A stretch of DNA of 58,488 nucleotides from a virus (taxonomy: Duplodnaviria; Caudoviricetes). The stretch spans positions 1-58,488 of the IMG/VR virus record IMGVR_UViG_3300032605_001675; one strand, written 5' to 3'. Below are positions 44,624-54,028 of the stretch, piece by piece. Under the pieces are notes generated by a model. That model was not told the DNA's origin. It did no database searches and saw only the letters and a list, made by a program, of their open reading frames with translations. How positions within the stretch are numbered: the stretch's first letter is position 1; every line of letters begins with the position of its first letter. Both the position numbers and the translations under genes were made by a program.

Positions 44624-47487
44624 TAGATATTACCATTTCTAGGGTAACCGTAGTGCAAAAAAGTGGGGTTTGGATCACTAGCATGAGCTCTATATACCGG
44701 ACAGGTTACTTGTGCAGTGGTGGTAAATCCTCCTGCACGGTCTCCTTGATGACTTACACTTTGAACATAGACTTCAATACCGTGATCTTGCAGTCGTACT
44801 CTCATACCCGGGTAGAGTTCTGGCATAAAAGTAAACTGTACTTGAACACTGTATTGATTTGCCCAACTTTGCATAAAAAGTTGCCAAGCATAGAAAAATT
44901 CAGTAACATGACTACGAATAATTGGTTGCTCTTGAGTAAGAGGTCTCATACCATATCTTAATAGGAATTGGTTACTAAAGTCTGGAAAGGCCTTGTTGAG
45001 AGCATCCACACTGGAGAAACCAAATAGTTGAGCCATTACCTGCTCTACTTGAACACTAATGATACCATTACTCTGTATCCAGTCAATTAGCCCAACACTG
45101 GTACCTAGATTAATCTGGTCTCCACTTACTCCAATGTGAGTTGCAAGTTGAGTGTCATCATGATAGAGTTGAAAGTCAATAATTTCAATATCTGCAATAT
45201 TGAGAGTTGGAGCTTGTCCATAGAGTCCAAAGTAGTCGGGGAACCAGGCAACAAAGTCTCCATTAGGAGCACTCTGGAATTGTCTTAGTCCACCAGTGGC
45301 CATATTATTAACTGCATTCATAACCGGTTGGTCTGTAATAAATGCTCTTGGACTGCCTAGGAATAGTAGAGTTTCAGTGTCAATAGTTGGAGCAGTAAAG
45401 GTGGCATTAAAGCTTGGTCCATTATTGGTAATCTGACTAGTAATAGTTGTTGTTTTACTAGGAGGTGGAAGTGGAACTCTTGGAGTTTTGGGATTTTGTA
45501 ATGCAGGACGAGTGGCATACTCATATTGAGCTGTAGGATAAGCAAACTGACCAATTCTAGTACCAGTTTCTAGAGCCTGAAATACCTGACCTGGGCTTAC
45601 ATACATCATTACGTGGCCTGGTTTATTGCCTTGAGGGTCACCACCAGCAATAAATAGAAGGTCACCAGGCTGTAAAGGTTCATTTCTAGGTAACTGATAA
45701 TCTAGATACTGATCGTAGGTGCTACGAGGAAGACTAATCCCTACCTTACTATAGGCCCATTGCACTAGTCCTGAGCAGTCAGTACCTCCAGATTCTGGCC
45801 AAGTACCACCATACTTATATGGAACTCCAGTTAGTTGACGAGCCCAAGCTAATGCTGCTATACCAATACTATTACTAGTATTACCACTTGCAGTAGTAGT
45901 ACCATATTTACCTGTAGAGACTGGGTTTATAGAGCCACTACTACCACTATTAGGGGTAAAAGTTGTATAAGTAGAGGCAGGAGTAGAACTCTTATTAGGG
46001 GTAAGAGTTGTATAAGTAGAGGCAGGAGTAGAACTCTTATTAGTAGTACTTGTAGCTCCTGTTGCCGACTTAGTGGTAGTTGTAGTGGTCAACTGTTGTT
46101 CAGCAAGTGTAGGTCCACTAGCAAATCCATAACTCTGCAACTGACCTTGAAGGTTAGTAGTATCCTGGATACCCTTAACTGTAGTTCCTGTACCGTTTGC
46201 ATTGGTATTGGCCCAGGCAGCTGTAACTACAATTGAGTTAGTACTATAGTAGTTACCAGTACCAGTAGGACTAATATTATTGGCCGCTACATTAGTGGTA
46301 ATGGGATCACCAGCTAAGTACTCCCAAGCAGTTCTACTAATAACAATATTATTATCAGTATACCCAGCAATACTGGCCTTAACCACCACTTGACGAGCAT
46401 TAGTTACACTTGTAAGTAGTAAGTGACGTCCACTAGCTCCATTATAGCCATCAGTCTGCAACCATTTAATGGCTTCAGCAACTGTTGTAGAGTCAAAGTT
46501 ATTGACAAAGTATGGCCAAGAGATTACACACCACCAATCTGGGTCCTGACCAGAGTCTCCTGTGGGGTTGTTCTTACCATCAACATGGTAGTATTTAAGT
46601 ACATCTTTCACGGGTACAGTTACGGTTACAATGCCCTGATTACCCTCTGAGTCCACTTGTTGTTTACTGCCACCTGGAGGTAGAGTAGCATAAGTCTGGA
46701 ACCCGTTAGGGATAGCGACTGCTTGAATGAGTTGTGGACTTAGTCCACTATAGGTAACATAGTTACCCTGACCTTTACCGGTAATACCAGTACCAATAAG
46801 ATTCTGACCTGCAATAATTCCAGCACCATCAAGAGCTCTAATAAGAGTATCTGTAGTATTTTGAGGTAGTGACTTTAGTACACTACTATAAATTGTTTTG
46901 ACATTACTAGTCCAAGAATCAGGGATGGCTGAAATATGAATTTTGTTACTATCCCACCCTACAACTTGGGTTAGTACATTTACAATACCTTGTGCTGCCC
47001 CACCATCTGCCCACTTACTGGCAGTATTGGCTGCACTCTGTAGTAGTCCTGGCATTAGTGATTGAAATTCTGGGTTACCAACATCCCAGAAAGTATTCTG
47101 TACTTTGTATAGAGTACAGTTTGCCTGAACTGTAACAGGTTCGGGTACTAGAGTGGCAATTGGAGCATTGGTTACATAACCACTAAATACTTGAAGCCAA
47201 TTCTGTCTCTTCATAAAGATAACAAGTTGGTCCATAGTTTCAATAGGTAGTGGTTGATTATAGTTATCATCTCGTGACCCTGGAGTATACTTCCAGTCTT
47301 TATTGGACAACTGTAAAGTGGCAGTACTGGTTGCATTAATTTGACGAGTAACAGAGACATTCATAATATCTCCAGAAAGGTCTAGAATTCTAGGATTGCC
47401 CTTAGAGTCAGTAATGGCTGCACTCTTGATGTAAGCCTTAACATCGGGACTATAGAAGTAGGTACCTGTATTACTGGAAGTAGCCAT
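44623..47487 (-). CDS. baseplate hub / tail lysin with NlpC/P60 peptidoglycan endopeptidase domain
   Basis: GVPYKYGG...DCSGLVQWAY...LPRST..Q...PGDLLF...GHV; hub-like termini (FMPELYPGMR). Confidence 0.85.
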   Translation of the reverse strand: MATSSNTGTYFYSPDVKAYIKSAAITDSKGNPRILDLSGDIMNVSVTRQINATSTATLQLSNKDWKYTPGSRDDNYNQPLPIETMDQLVIFMKRQNWLQVFSGYVTNAPIATLVPEPVTVQANCTLYKVQNTFWDVGNPEFQSLMPGLLQSAANTASKWADGGAAQGIVNVLTQVVGWDSNKIHISAIPDSWTSNVKTIYSSVLKSLPQNTTDTLIRALDGAGIIAGQNLIGTGITGKGQGNYVTYSGLSPQLIQAVAIPNGFQTYATLPPGGSKQQVDSEGNQGIVTVTVPVKDVLKYYHVDGKNNPTGDSGQDPDWWCVISWPYFVNNFDSTTVAEAIKWLQTDGYNGASGRHLLLTSVTNARQVVVKASIAGYTDNNIVISRTAWEYLAGDPITTNVAANNISPTGTGNYYSTNSIVVTAAWANTNANGTGTTVKGIQDTTNLQGQLQSYGFASGPTLAEQQLTTTTTTKSATGATSTTNKSSTPASTYTTLTPNKSSTPASTYTTFTPNSGSSGSINPVSTGKYGTTTASGNTSNSIGIAALAWARQLTGVPYKYGGTWPESGGTDCSGLVQWAYSKVGISLPRSTYDQYLDYQLPRNEPLQPGDLLFIAGGDPQGNKPGHVMMYVSPGQVFQALETGTRIGQFAYPTAQYEYATRPALQNPKTPRVPLPPPSKTTTITSQITNNGPSFNATFTAPTIDTETLLFLGSPRAFITDQPVMNAVNNMATGGLRQFQSAPNGDFVAWFPDYFGLYGQAPTLNIADIEIIDFQLYHDDTQLATHIGVSGDQINLGTSVGLIDWIQSNGIISVQVEQVMAQLFGFSSVDALNKAFPDFSNQFLLRYGMRPLTQEQPIIRSHVTEFFYAWQLFMQSWANQYSVQVQFTFMPELYPGMRVRLQDHGIEVYVQSVSHQGDRAGGFTTTAQVTCPVYRAHASDPNPTFLHYGYPRNGNI
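45948..46043. repeat. 45-bp tandem duplication in the linker before NlpC/P60
   Basis: Encodes NKSSTPASTYTT(L/F)TP twice; one substitution. Confidence 0.9.
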
Positions 47488-48389
47488 TAGCCCGGGATCC
47501 CATCAATATTGATTCCATTACTCATACTAATTGTAGCTTGAGTCCAATTTGCACCTTGACTAAACACATTATTTTGAGTAGGCAGTAGTTGTCTTGAAAT
47601 ACCTTGAACTGTATTTGCACTGTAATATACAGTTGAGTTGACAGTATCCTGCATAGGAGTAATGACGTTCATCATATATTGCATACTATATACTGCTTGA
47701 AACCTATCATACTGTTTGCTTACAGCTTGAATCCAGCCCTGATATTGAATTGGTTCAAGTACTAGAGAGCTATCTACTGGATTAATTCCCAGTGGATTAC
47801 CATTAATATCAGTCCGAGAATAATCTATATAGGCAGTTAAGTTATTATTTATCATAGAGTTATCTGCACTAACAAATTCTGTAGTGTTGAGTCTACTATT
47901 CCATTGCTCCACTAGGATTGGTGGAATATTAGTAATAACTCCATTAGGGTCTACATAGGCTCCAGAAAAACCATTATAGTATAATAAATTCATGGGTGGA
48001 GGTGTTAAACCTTGAGTGGCTGACAATTGTTGATGAGCTCTAATAGCATTATGAAAAGCATTCATGGCCGTAAAACCATTATAGTCATACTGGCCACTTA
48101 TTGTTGTACCAGTAAAGGTTTGTAGAGGCCAGTCAATAGTAAACTGTACCATTTGCTCACTACGACGAATGGGACTCCAAGCAATACCAGTTTGAACTTG
48201 ATTACTAGTAAATTGAGTCTGGATACCTGTACTAAAACCAGTAAGCCATACACCGTAACCCGAAGTAACAAGGTTACCCATTTGATCTTGGGTAGACAGA
48301 GAAATTAAAGCATTACCTTCTACAGTAATAGTAGCAGAGTTAGCACTATCAAGACTTGGTTTAGTAATGGGTTTTTGAGCTAGTACCAT
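47487..48389 (-). CDS. tail/baseplate structural protein
   Basis: Tail module position; composition like neighbours. Confidence 0.55.
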   Translation of the reverse strand: MVLAQKPITKPSLDSANSATITVEGNALISLSTQDQMGNLVTSGYGVWLTGFSTGIQTQFTSNQVQTGIAWSPIRRSEQMVQFTIDWPLQTFTGTTISGQYDYNGFTAMNAFHNAIRAHQQLSATQGLTPPPMNLLYYNGFSGAYVDPNGVITNIPPILVEQWNSRLNTTEFVSADNSMINNNLTAYIDYSRTDINGNPLGINPVDSSLVLEPIQYQGWIQAVSKQYDRFQAVYSMQYMMNVITPMQDTVNSTVYYSANTVQGISRQLLPTQNNVFSQGANWTQATISMSNGINIDGIPG

Positions 48390-48566
48390 ATTAGTTTTGA
48401 TTTCCTAGCCACTGGTCGGGATTGAGATTGGGTATATTAGTGCTCTGGATAATCATACCCAGAGAATTACTCCAAGCAAATCCATTGAATTGGATTACTT
48501 CCTGCTCAGGATAAAGAATAGGTTGTGAGATAGCACAATTAGCAGCAATATTATTATTAGTATTCA

Positions 48567-49217
48567 TTAGACTCCAAACGCTCCATTAATGGCTGTATTA
48601 CTAGCACTAGGAGTATAGCTAGTAGAGGGTATATAACTAGTATTGGGTGCAAGGATAGTGGAGAGTTGTGCAATTGAAAGCACTTGATTGGCAGGCAAAC
48701 CTTGGTAAGTAAGGTTCAATTGACCATTTACAGTTTGACCAATAGTAGGTGAATAACCAAATGCAGTGCTTAGTCCATTTAAAACAGCGGCTGTAATATT
48801 AGAGCCCAATGCTCCATAATTGGCTGAATCTTCAACCTGTAGTACCATATTATAGGGATAAGTAACTGTTGTAGGGTCCCATCCAATATTGATACTTTGA
48901 ATATAGACATCAAGTGCAATAGAGCCATTTTCTGCAAATGCTGCAGGAATAACTAGACTTGCACTATTTTGTTGTTGAATTTGTGCTGCTTGTAGTGCTT
49001 TGATATCAGAAAATAGTTTTAATAGTTTAGGCCGACTACCAGCATCTCCTTGAACATTCATCTGCTGAACATTAGTGGAAAGAATCTGTACTACTCGTCC
49101 ACCCTTAGTATCCATAATTTGACGATTAAGGTCATACTCCCAAGTGGTATTATTGGGATTATACGGGAGATTGACAGTAAGAGCGTTTCCCAGTGTGATG
49201 GTGGCTGTATCGACCAT
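48567..49217 (-). CDS. tail tube initiator-like / minor tail protein
   Basis: LPYNPN...T.GGRVVQILS; immediately after tape measure. Confidence 0.55.
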   Translation of the reverse strand: MVDTATITLGNALTVNLPYNPNNTTWEYDLNRQIMDTKGGRVVQILSTNVQQMNVQGDAGSRPKLLKLFSDIKALQAAQIQQQNSASLVIPAAFAENGSIALDVYIQSINIGWDPTTVTYPYNMVLQVEDSANYGALGSNITAAVLNGLSTAFGYSPTIGQTVNGQLNLTYQGLPANQVLSIAQLSTILAPNTSYIPSTSYTPSASNTAINGAFGV

Positions 49218-51574
49218 TAGATACTATAACCCGACCTTTGCCCAGTATTAACACTGAGTCCTTGACTTGCCAAGTATTTAATCTGTTGATTGCTAAGTCC
49301 CTGTGGATTCTGAACAAGTTGGAATAATGCTGCGGCCTTGGGCCCTAGTTCTATTTGCATTTGACCTTGAGTAACTGAACCATTATTTATGCCTTGAAGT
49401 GTTTGATTCTTAAAAAGAGTTCCTAGGGTTGTTGCAGAGCCTTGGGTTGAGAATGGAGTTGAATTACCAAGTCTAACTTTATCCTGACCTTGAAGCATTG
49501 CAGAAAGAACTTGTTGTTGTTGACTTGAACTTAAATTATTTATATAATTTAATGCTTCCCAGTTACCATTGATATCTACTTCTGCATAACTACTATCTCT
49601 AACCATACTAGCTGAACCACCAAGTTGACTTGCTATAGCATTAACTGCATTAGCTGTACCTGCAGAACCTGACTTACCACCAGTTAATGTATTAATAAGT
49701 CCGGTAACACTCTTGACACTACCGTTAGCAGAACTTTCTCCTGTACCACCATTAGATAGTGCTTGAATAACATAGTTTACAGCAGTTTCTTCTGTCCAAG
49801 GACCCTTCTTGGGATTTTGAATTCCGAGCTCTGTAAGAATTGTAGGTAGAGCATAGGCCAGACTGCCAACTGCTTCGTTAAGATTGGGCATACCGGGATA
49901 GAGTCCCATATTTTTAAGAATGTTGAGAAATGCAGCATTACTTGCTGCTGCTTCTTTCTGTAGACCTCCTGCAGTCTGGCTTAGGTTATACATCTGAGTA
50001 TAAGATACACCCATTTGGTTAGCAGCCAAGGCCTGCCCTACAGTGCCTTGAAGCATACTAGCTGTACTTCCTGCTCCACTTAAGAGAGGATTATTGGCAT
50101 TAGTTAGTGCATTGGCAGTGGCCAATTGTACTGCAGCATTACCGGTTCCACCTAGTCCAGTAATGGTGTTTAGGAAGCTAGTAAAGTTTTCTTTAAGAAC
50201 TGTAAAACTAGTATTAGTAGTTGCACTAACATTGGCTAGGCTACTTAAGGCATCAGTTAATTGAGTTGCACTTGCTCCAGCTTGAATAACCCCTGCTTGA
50301 AACATAGCCATTGAGTCTTGGGAACTCTGACCATAATTTTGATAGGCTCCAGCTGCAAAACCTGTATAGGCACCGAGTAGACCGGTTCCATAGTCTCCAC
50401 CACCATAGCCGACATTACCCTGATAACCAGCAGCAAGTCCGGTTGTCATAATATCTTTCATGGCACCATAACTCAGTCGAGGGTTAAATAAGGTATCAAA
50501 CCAGGTGTTGGCTTCCATGCCCACCATCTTACCCGAATTGGTATTACCGGTAAGTGAGCCTAAGAGTTGCCCTTGCTGCTCATAAGTGGCATAGGCATTA
50601 TATGCTTGATAGGCTCCAATTGCTACAGCTGCTACTGGAGCTGCTACTGCTGCCACTCCCATTATTCCACCACTAAGCATTGCTGCATCACCGGCTGCAA
50701 CTGCATCCCCTGCAATACCGGCTTCTGCTAGTTCACTAGCACCCATACCTTTAGCAGCTAAATAATTTCCAGTACCACCGGCTTCTTCAAATGACGCTTG
50801 TGCAGCACTAACATCACCCTTACCGGTAATCCATTGTTGATTTTGAGCCCAATTACTAAGTTTACCACCTGAAGCTCTATCAATATAACGAGCAGCAAGT
50901 GAGGCTTTACCACCCGGTAAGTAGTAGGGAATATTCATTAGGTTTTTGACTCTGCCAAATTTAGCAGCAGCAATGGCCTCTTCTTCACTTAAGGGTCCTT
51001 TACCCTTACCTGCACCAGCAGCACTACCTCTAGTTCTACCGGTCATGCCCATCATAACACTCTGGAATAAGTTACCTCCACCAAGACCTCCAGCAGCACT
51101 ACTAGGCATTGCTTCTTCTTGAGTTAGTCCGTCTTCGGGATTACCGAGCATTATGGGTGGGCCATTATTGCCACTACCCATGGCTCCTCCACCACCAAAT
51201 CCAGCAGTGGCCCCTAGAGCTCCAACGATATTGAGATTACCGGCCATATTATTGAGTACACCGCTAAGATCACGATAGTAATCGGCCATGTTCTTGGCAT
51301 TTTGTGCTGCTACAGCACCGATGTCTCTTAGTTGCTCTTGACCGGCAACTAGCTCTTGTTGAGCTTCAACCTGCTTCTCTAACTGTTCACTGGTCTGACT
51401 AAGAATGGTATTGACATCTGCAATACTCTTACCCCAGGCCTCAGTGTTCTTACTCCAGTCACCAATCTCACCAGCCAGTGTTTGTGCCTGGGCAATTGAG
51501 CTTTCAATATTATTGAGTTCAATTCCTACAGAGGCAATTATGTCCTCTGGACCCATAATATTGTCAGACGCCAT
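49217..51574 (-). CDS. tape measure protein
   Basis: Long Ala/Gly/Gln-rich helical protein after the chaperone pair; probable start MASDN. Confidence 0.8.
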   Translation of the reverse strand: MASDNIMGPEDIIASVGIELNNIESSIAQAQTLAGEIGDWSKNTEAWGKSIADVNTILSQTSEQLEKQVEAQQELVAGQEQLRDIGAVAAQNAKNMADYYRDLSGVLNNMAGNLNIVGALGATAGFGGGGAMGSGNNGPPIMLGNPEDGLTQEEAMPSSAAGGLGGGNLFQSVMMGMTGRTRGSAAGAGKGKGPLSEEEAIAAAKFGRVKNLMNIPYYLPGGKASLAARYIDRASGGKLSNWAQNQQWITGKGDVSAAQASFEEAGGTGNYLAAKGMGASELAEAGIAGDAVAAGDAAMLSGGIMGVAAVAAPVAAVAIGAYQAYNAYATYEQQGQLLGSLTGNTNSGKMVGMEANTWFDTLFNPRLSYGAMKDIMTTGLAAGYQGNVGYGGGDYGTGLLGAYTGFAAGAYQNYGQSSQDSMAMFQAGVIQAGASATQLTDALSSLANVSATTNTSFTVLKENFTSFLNTITGLGGTGNAAVQLATANALTNANNPLLSGAGSTASMLQGTVGQALAANQMGVSYTQMYNLSQTAGGLQKEAAASNAAFLNILKNMGLYPGMPNLNEAVGSLAYALPTILTELGIQNPKKGPWTEETAVNYVIQALSNGGTGESSANGSVKSVTGLINTLTGGKSGSAGTANAVNAIASQLGGSASMVRDSSYAEVDINGNWEALNYINNLSSSQQQQVLSAMLQGQDKVRLGNSTPFSTQGSATTLGTLFKNQTLQGINNGSVTQGQMQIELGPKAAALFQLVQNPQGLSNQQIKYLASQGLSVNTGQRSGYSI

Positions 51575-51962
51575 CTTCTTCATCTCCTAATAGAGCGATA
51601 TCAATCCCCTGGAAGTGTTGTAGAGCAGCTAGATCGGCTGTAAAACTCTCTTCTTCATCTTCATCGAGAACGAGTTGTTGGTGAGCTTGTGCAATGGTAT
51701 CTAGCAGTTCACGAGCTTCAGCGGCATCTTCAGGGGCCATCCATTGAATCTCGTCATAGCCAAGATTTTCTTCAAGCTTGGCTTCCTTACTGGCCATATA
51801 CTCTTTATAGACCTCGGGTCTGTGAATGAGCAATTGGTGTTCAAAGCGAGTTTCTTCAAGTTCGGTTTCACGCCTCTGCTTATGAAGAAGATAGACTACA
51901 AGGATTTCTTCTTGTACTTTATTGAGATCACAACCGGATAGTAGACCCCGTTCATAGGCCAA
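51564..51962 (-). CDS. tail assembly chaperone, second (gpT-like) frame reached by -1 frameshift
   Basis: Frame stays open upstream to the slippery site at 52001-52007; no good start/RBS. Confidence 0.7.
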   Translation of the reverse strand: MAYERGLLSGCDLNKVQEEILVVYLLHKQRRETELEETRFEHQLLIHRPEVYKEYMASKEAKLEENLGYDEIQWMAPEDAAEARELLDTIAQAHQQLVLDEDEEESFTADLAALQHFQGIDIALLGDEEDGV

Positions 51963-51988
51963 CCTAGAGTGGTATAGAACGTAAGGAT

Positions 51989-52492
51989 CTACTTCCCATC
52001 TTTTGGGTCGTCACCTGTACCTTTTTCATCCTTGAAAATAGGTGTATCATCCTTGTTAGATGCATAGATGCCAAGTTCTTGAAGAACCTTTAGTACCTGG
52101 CCTTCAAGTGCGTCAATCTCCATATAGAGAAGATCGATGACTCCATCATACCAACTGTTGATCACATACTCGAACTTTTGCCTAAAGATATTAGTGCCTT
52201 TAACAGAAGCAATGAGCTCCTGACCGTCAACACTTTCGAGACCTGCAGCAACCACTGCCGCCCGATACGCCCTACCATATCCAAGCGTGTCTTGATATTC
52301 TTTGGTAGCCAACGAGATTTCGAGCTTTTCGTTGACCGTTAATGTTCTTACTACGAAAGTGTGAAACGGGATACTGGTTACTTCTTTGTGCAAGTACCCC
52401 AGGTACAGAAGGCCTTCGAAACGATCTTTCCATTGATCCGGAAACCGTTCTGCACCTAGGGGGTTTACACTTGATGTACTATTTTTTGCCAT
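51989..52492 (-). CDS. tail assembly chaperone (gpG-like)
   Basis: Between tail tube region and TMP; FEGLLYLG, RTL..EKL; ATG 52492 with GGAG RBS. Confidence 0.75.
   Translation of the reverse strand: MAKNSTSSVNPLGAERFPDQWKDRFEGLLYLGYLHKEVTSIPFHTFVVRTLTVNEKLEISLATKEYQDTLGYGRAYRAAVVAAGLESVDGQELIASVKGTNIFRQKFEYVINSWYDGVIDLLYMEIDALEGQVLKVLQELGIYASNKDDTPIFKDEKGTGDDPKDGK
52001..52007 (-). other. -1 programmed ribosomal frameshift site C-CCA-AAA
   Basis: GAC CCA AAA GAT GGG AAG TAG; -1 frame reads ...PKRWEVDPYVLYHSRLAYERG into the next ORF. Confidence 0.8.
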
Positions 52493-52534
52493 TAATACTC
52501 CCGGGTCTAGGACGCCCACAAGGCATCTACCACT

Positions 52535-52563
52535 ATTATAGTGTATTAATTAGTTCTTGTTAA
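52535..52563 (-). promoter_or_regulatory. promoter TTAACA-N17-TATAAT upstream of the chaperone gene
   Basis: 6-17-6 spacing with consensus -10. Confidence 0.5.
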
Positions 52564-53461
52564 GGAATCTCTTGTACTTGATCTTGCTTGATACTGAGCG
52601 AAGATCTGCAGTGAGTGCACCATTGGTGGCTGCAGTAAGTGCAGTACCAAATACGTTGTTACTAAGAGCAGTACCACTAACAGTAATACCTGTAATAACT
52701 TCACTACCACCGGCCTGAGAAACAGCAACACCGGCACCACCAACTGCAAGAGTGGCTCCAGCGGTTACTGCACCACTTACGGTAAGGTAAGGGCAGAAAC
52801 CTTCGGTCTGAATCCAACCAAAGTAACCACTAGCAATGGTGACCACTGGAACACCAGCGAAACGACCTTGCTTGGTACCGATTGAAACTTGGCCACTGAT
52901 TAGTGCACCGGTAACATTAACACTCTGAACAAACTGGGTGCCCTGACCATCAACAAATACGTTGTAGGCCGGACGGTTGTTGGTAATAACTCGGTTATTT
53001 TCATCAAGCCATACAGCAACTCCACCACTGGCTACAGTGGCTCCACCGTTGAAGACATATTCGTAACGCTCATTGGCTGGACCAATAAGAGCACTACCAA
53101 GCTCTACATAGGTAGTAGGACCAACACCAACAGCTCCGTTACCGTCAACACCTTGTGCAGCAAATCCTGCAGCCTGCCATGAGAATGGAGTGGTGCTAGT
53201 GGTGGTTAGAGCAGACTGAATGTTGAGGAAGTTATTACTCCCGGTCTGGGTCTGAGCTGGGACAAAAGTACTTGGAAGGTTACTTGAGTCATTGTTGATT
53301 GATACAACCTGGATTACATTTTGACGAGCACCATTTGAGATCTTCTCAAAAGTGTCCCAGTCAATAACATATTGAACTCCAGGCAACATCTTACGGTGGT
53401 CGGGAAGAATGGCTTGTCCGACTCCATTTTGCAATTGAACTACTACTGAACGAGCAGGCAT
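52550..53461 (-). CDS. virion structural protein (decoration/fibre-like)
   Basis: G/A/T/V rich, YFGWIQT.G motif, strong AAGGAAAG RBS. Confidence 0.55.
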   Translation of the reverse strand: MPARSVVVQLQNGVGQAILPDHRKMLPGVQYVIDWDTFEKISNGARQNVIQVVSINNDSSNLPSTFVPAQTQTGSNNFLNIQSALTTTSTTPFSWQAAGFAAQGVDGNGAVGVGPTTYVELGSALIGPANERYEYVFNGGATVASGGVAVWLDENNRVITNNRPAYNVFVDGQGTQFVQSVNVTGALISGQVSIGTKQGRFAGVPVVTIASGYFGWIQTEGFCPYLTVSGAVTAGATLAVGGAGVAVSQAGGSEVITGITVSGTALSNNVFGTALTAATNGALTADLRSVSSKIKYKRFLNKN

Positions 53462-53482
53462 AGTTTCTTTCCTTTCTTAAAC

Positions 53483-54016
53483 TTAATTATAAGTGGGTAG
53501 TGTGCCACCAAAGTTGGCATTAACATTTTGTGATTCTTGACGACGTAGATACATCATCTGAACACTCTTGGGGAATGTCATTGTTCCAATGTTTACTGTT
53601 TCGTCAACCATAACATTAACAACTACAATACCCATATAGGTAATAATACGTGAACCAGATCCACCAGGAAACTTAATGGTCTTGGTGACAGTCCAGTCAT
53701 TGCCTAGTGCTGAACCAGTTAACTGTGTCTTAAATACATCTAGGAGGTCATTAGCATTCTGGAAACCGGCACCAGGAAGGTAGGCCCAAACTTCTGCACC
53801 CCACTCTTCACGGAAAGTAATTTCTAGTGTACCGGCTTCAAGTGCAGCTGGGAAAGCTACTTCGATTGGATATGGTGAGTCAATGGGCTGGATAGCCTGA
53901 GGTGCTGCTACTGGACGTGGTGCAGTTTCACGAATAAGGTCGACATATAGTAGGGGTTTCCCATTAAAATTAATGGAAGTATACCCACCACCTACACGAA
54001 AATTTGAGGTTGCCAT
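53483..54016 (-). CDS. tail tube protein
   Basis: 177 aa right after the sheath; QAIQPID..YP.E...P.A..AGTL. Confidence 0.75.
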   Translation of the reverse strand: MATSNFRVGGGYTSINFNGKPLLYVDLIRETAPRPVAAPQAIQPIDSPYPIEVAFPAALEAGTLEITFREEWGAEVWAYLPGAGFQNANDLLDVFKTQLTGSALGNDWTVTKTIKFPGGSGSRIITYMGIVVVNVMVDETVNIGTMTFPKSVQMMYLRRQESQNVNANFGGTLPTYN

Positions 54017-54028
54017 TTATTATTTCTC

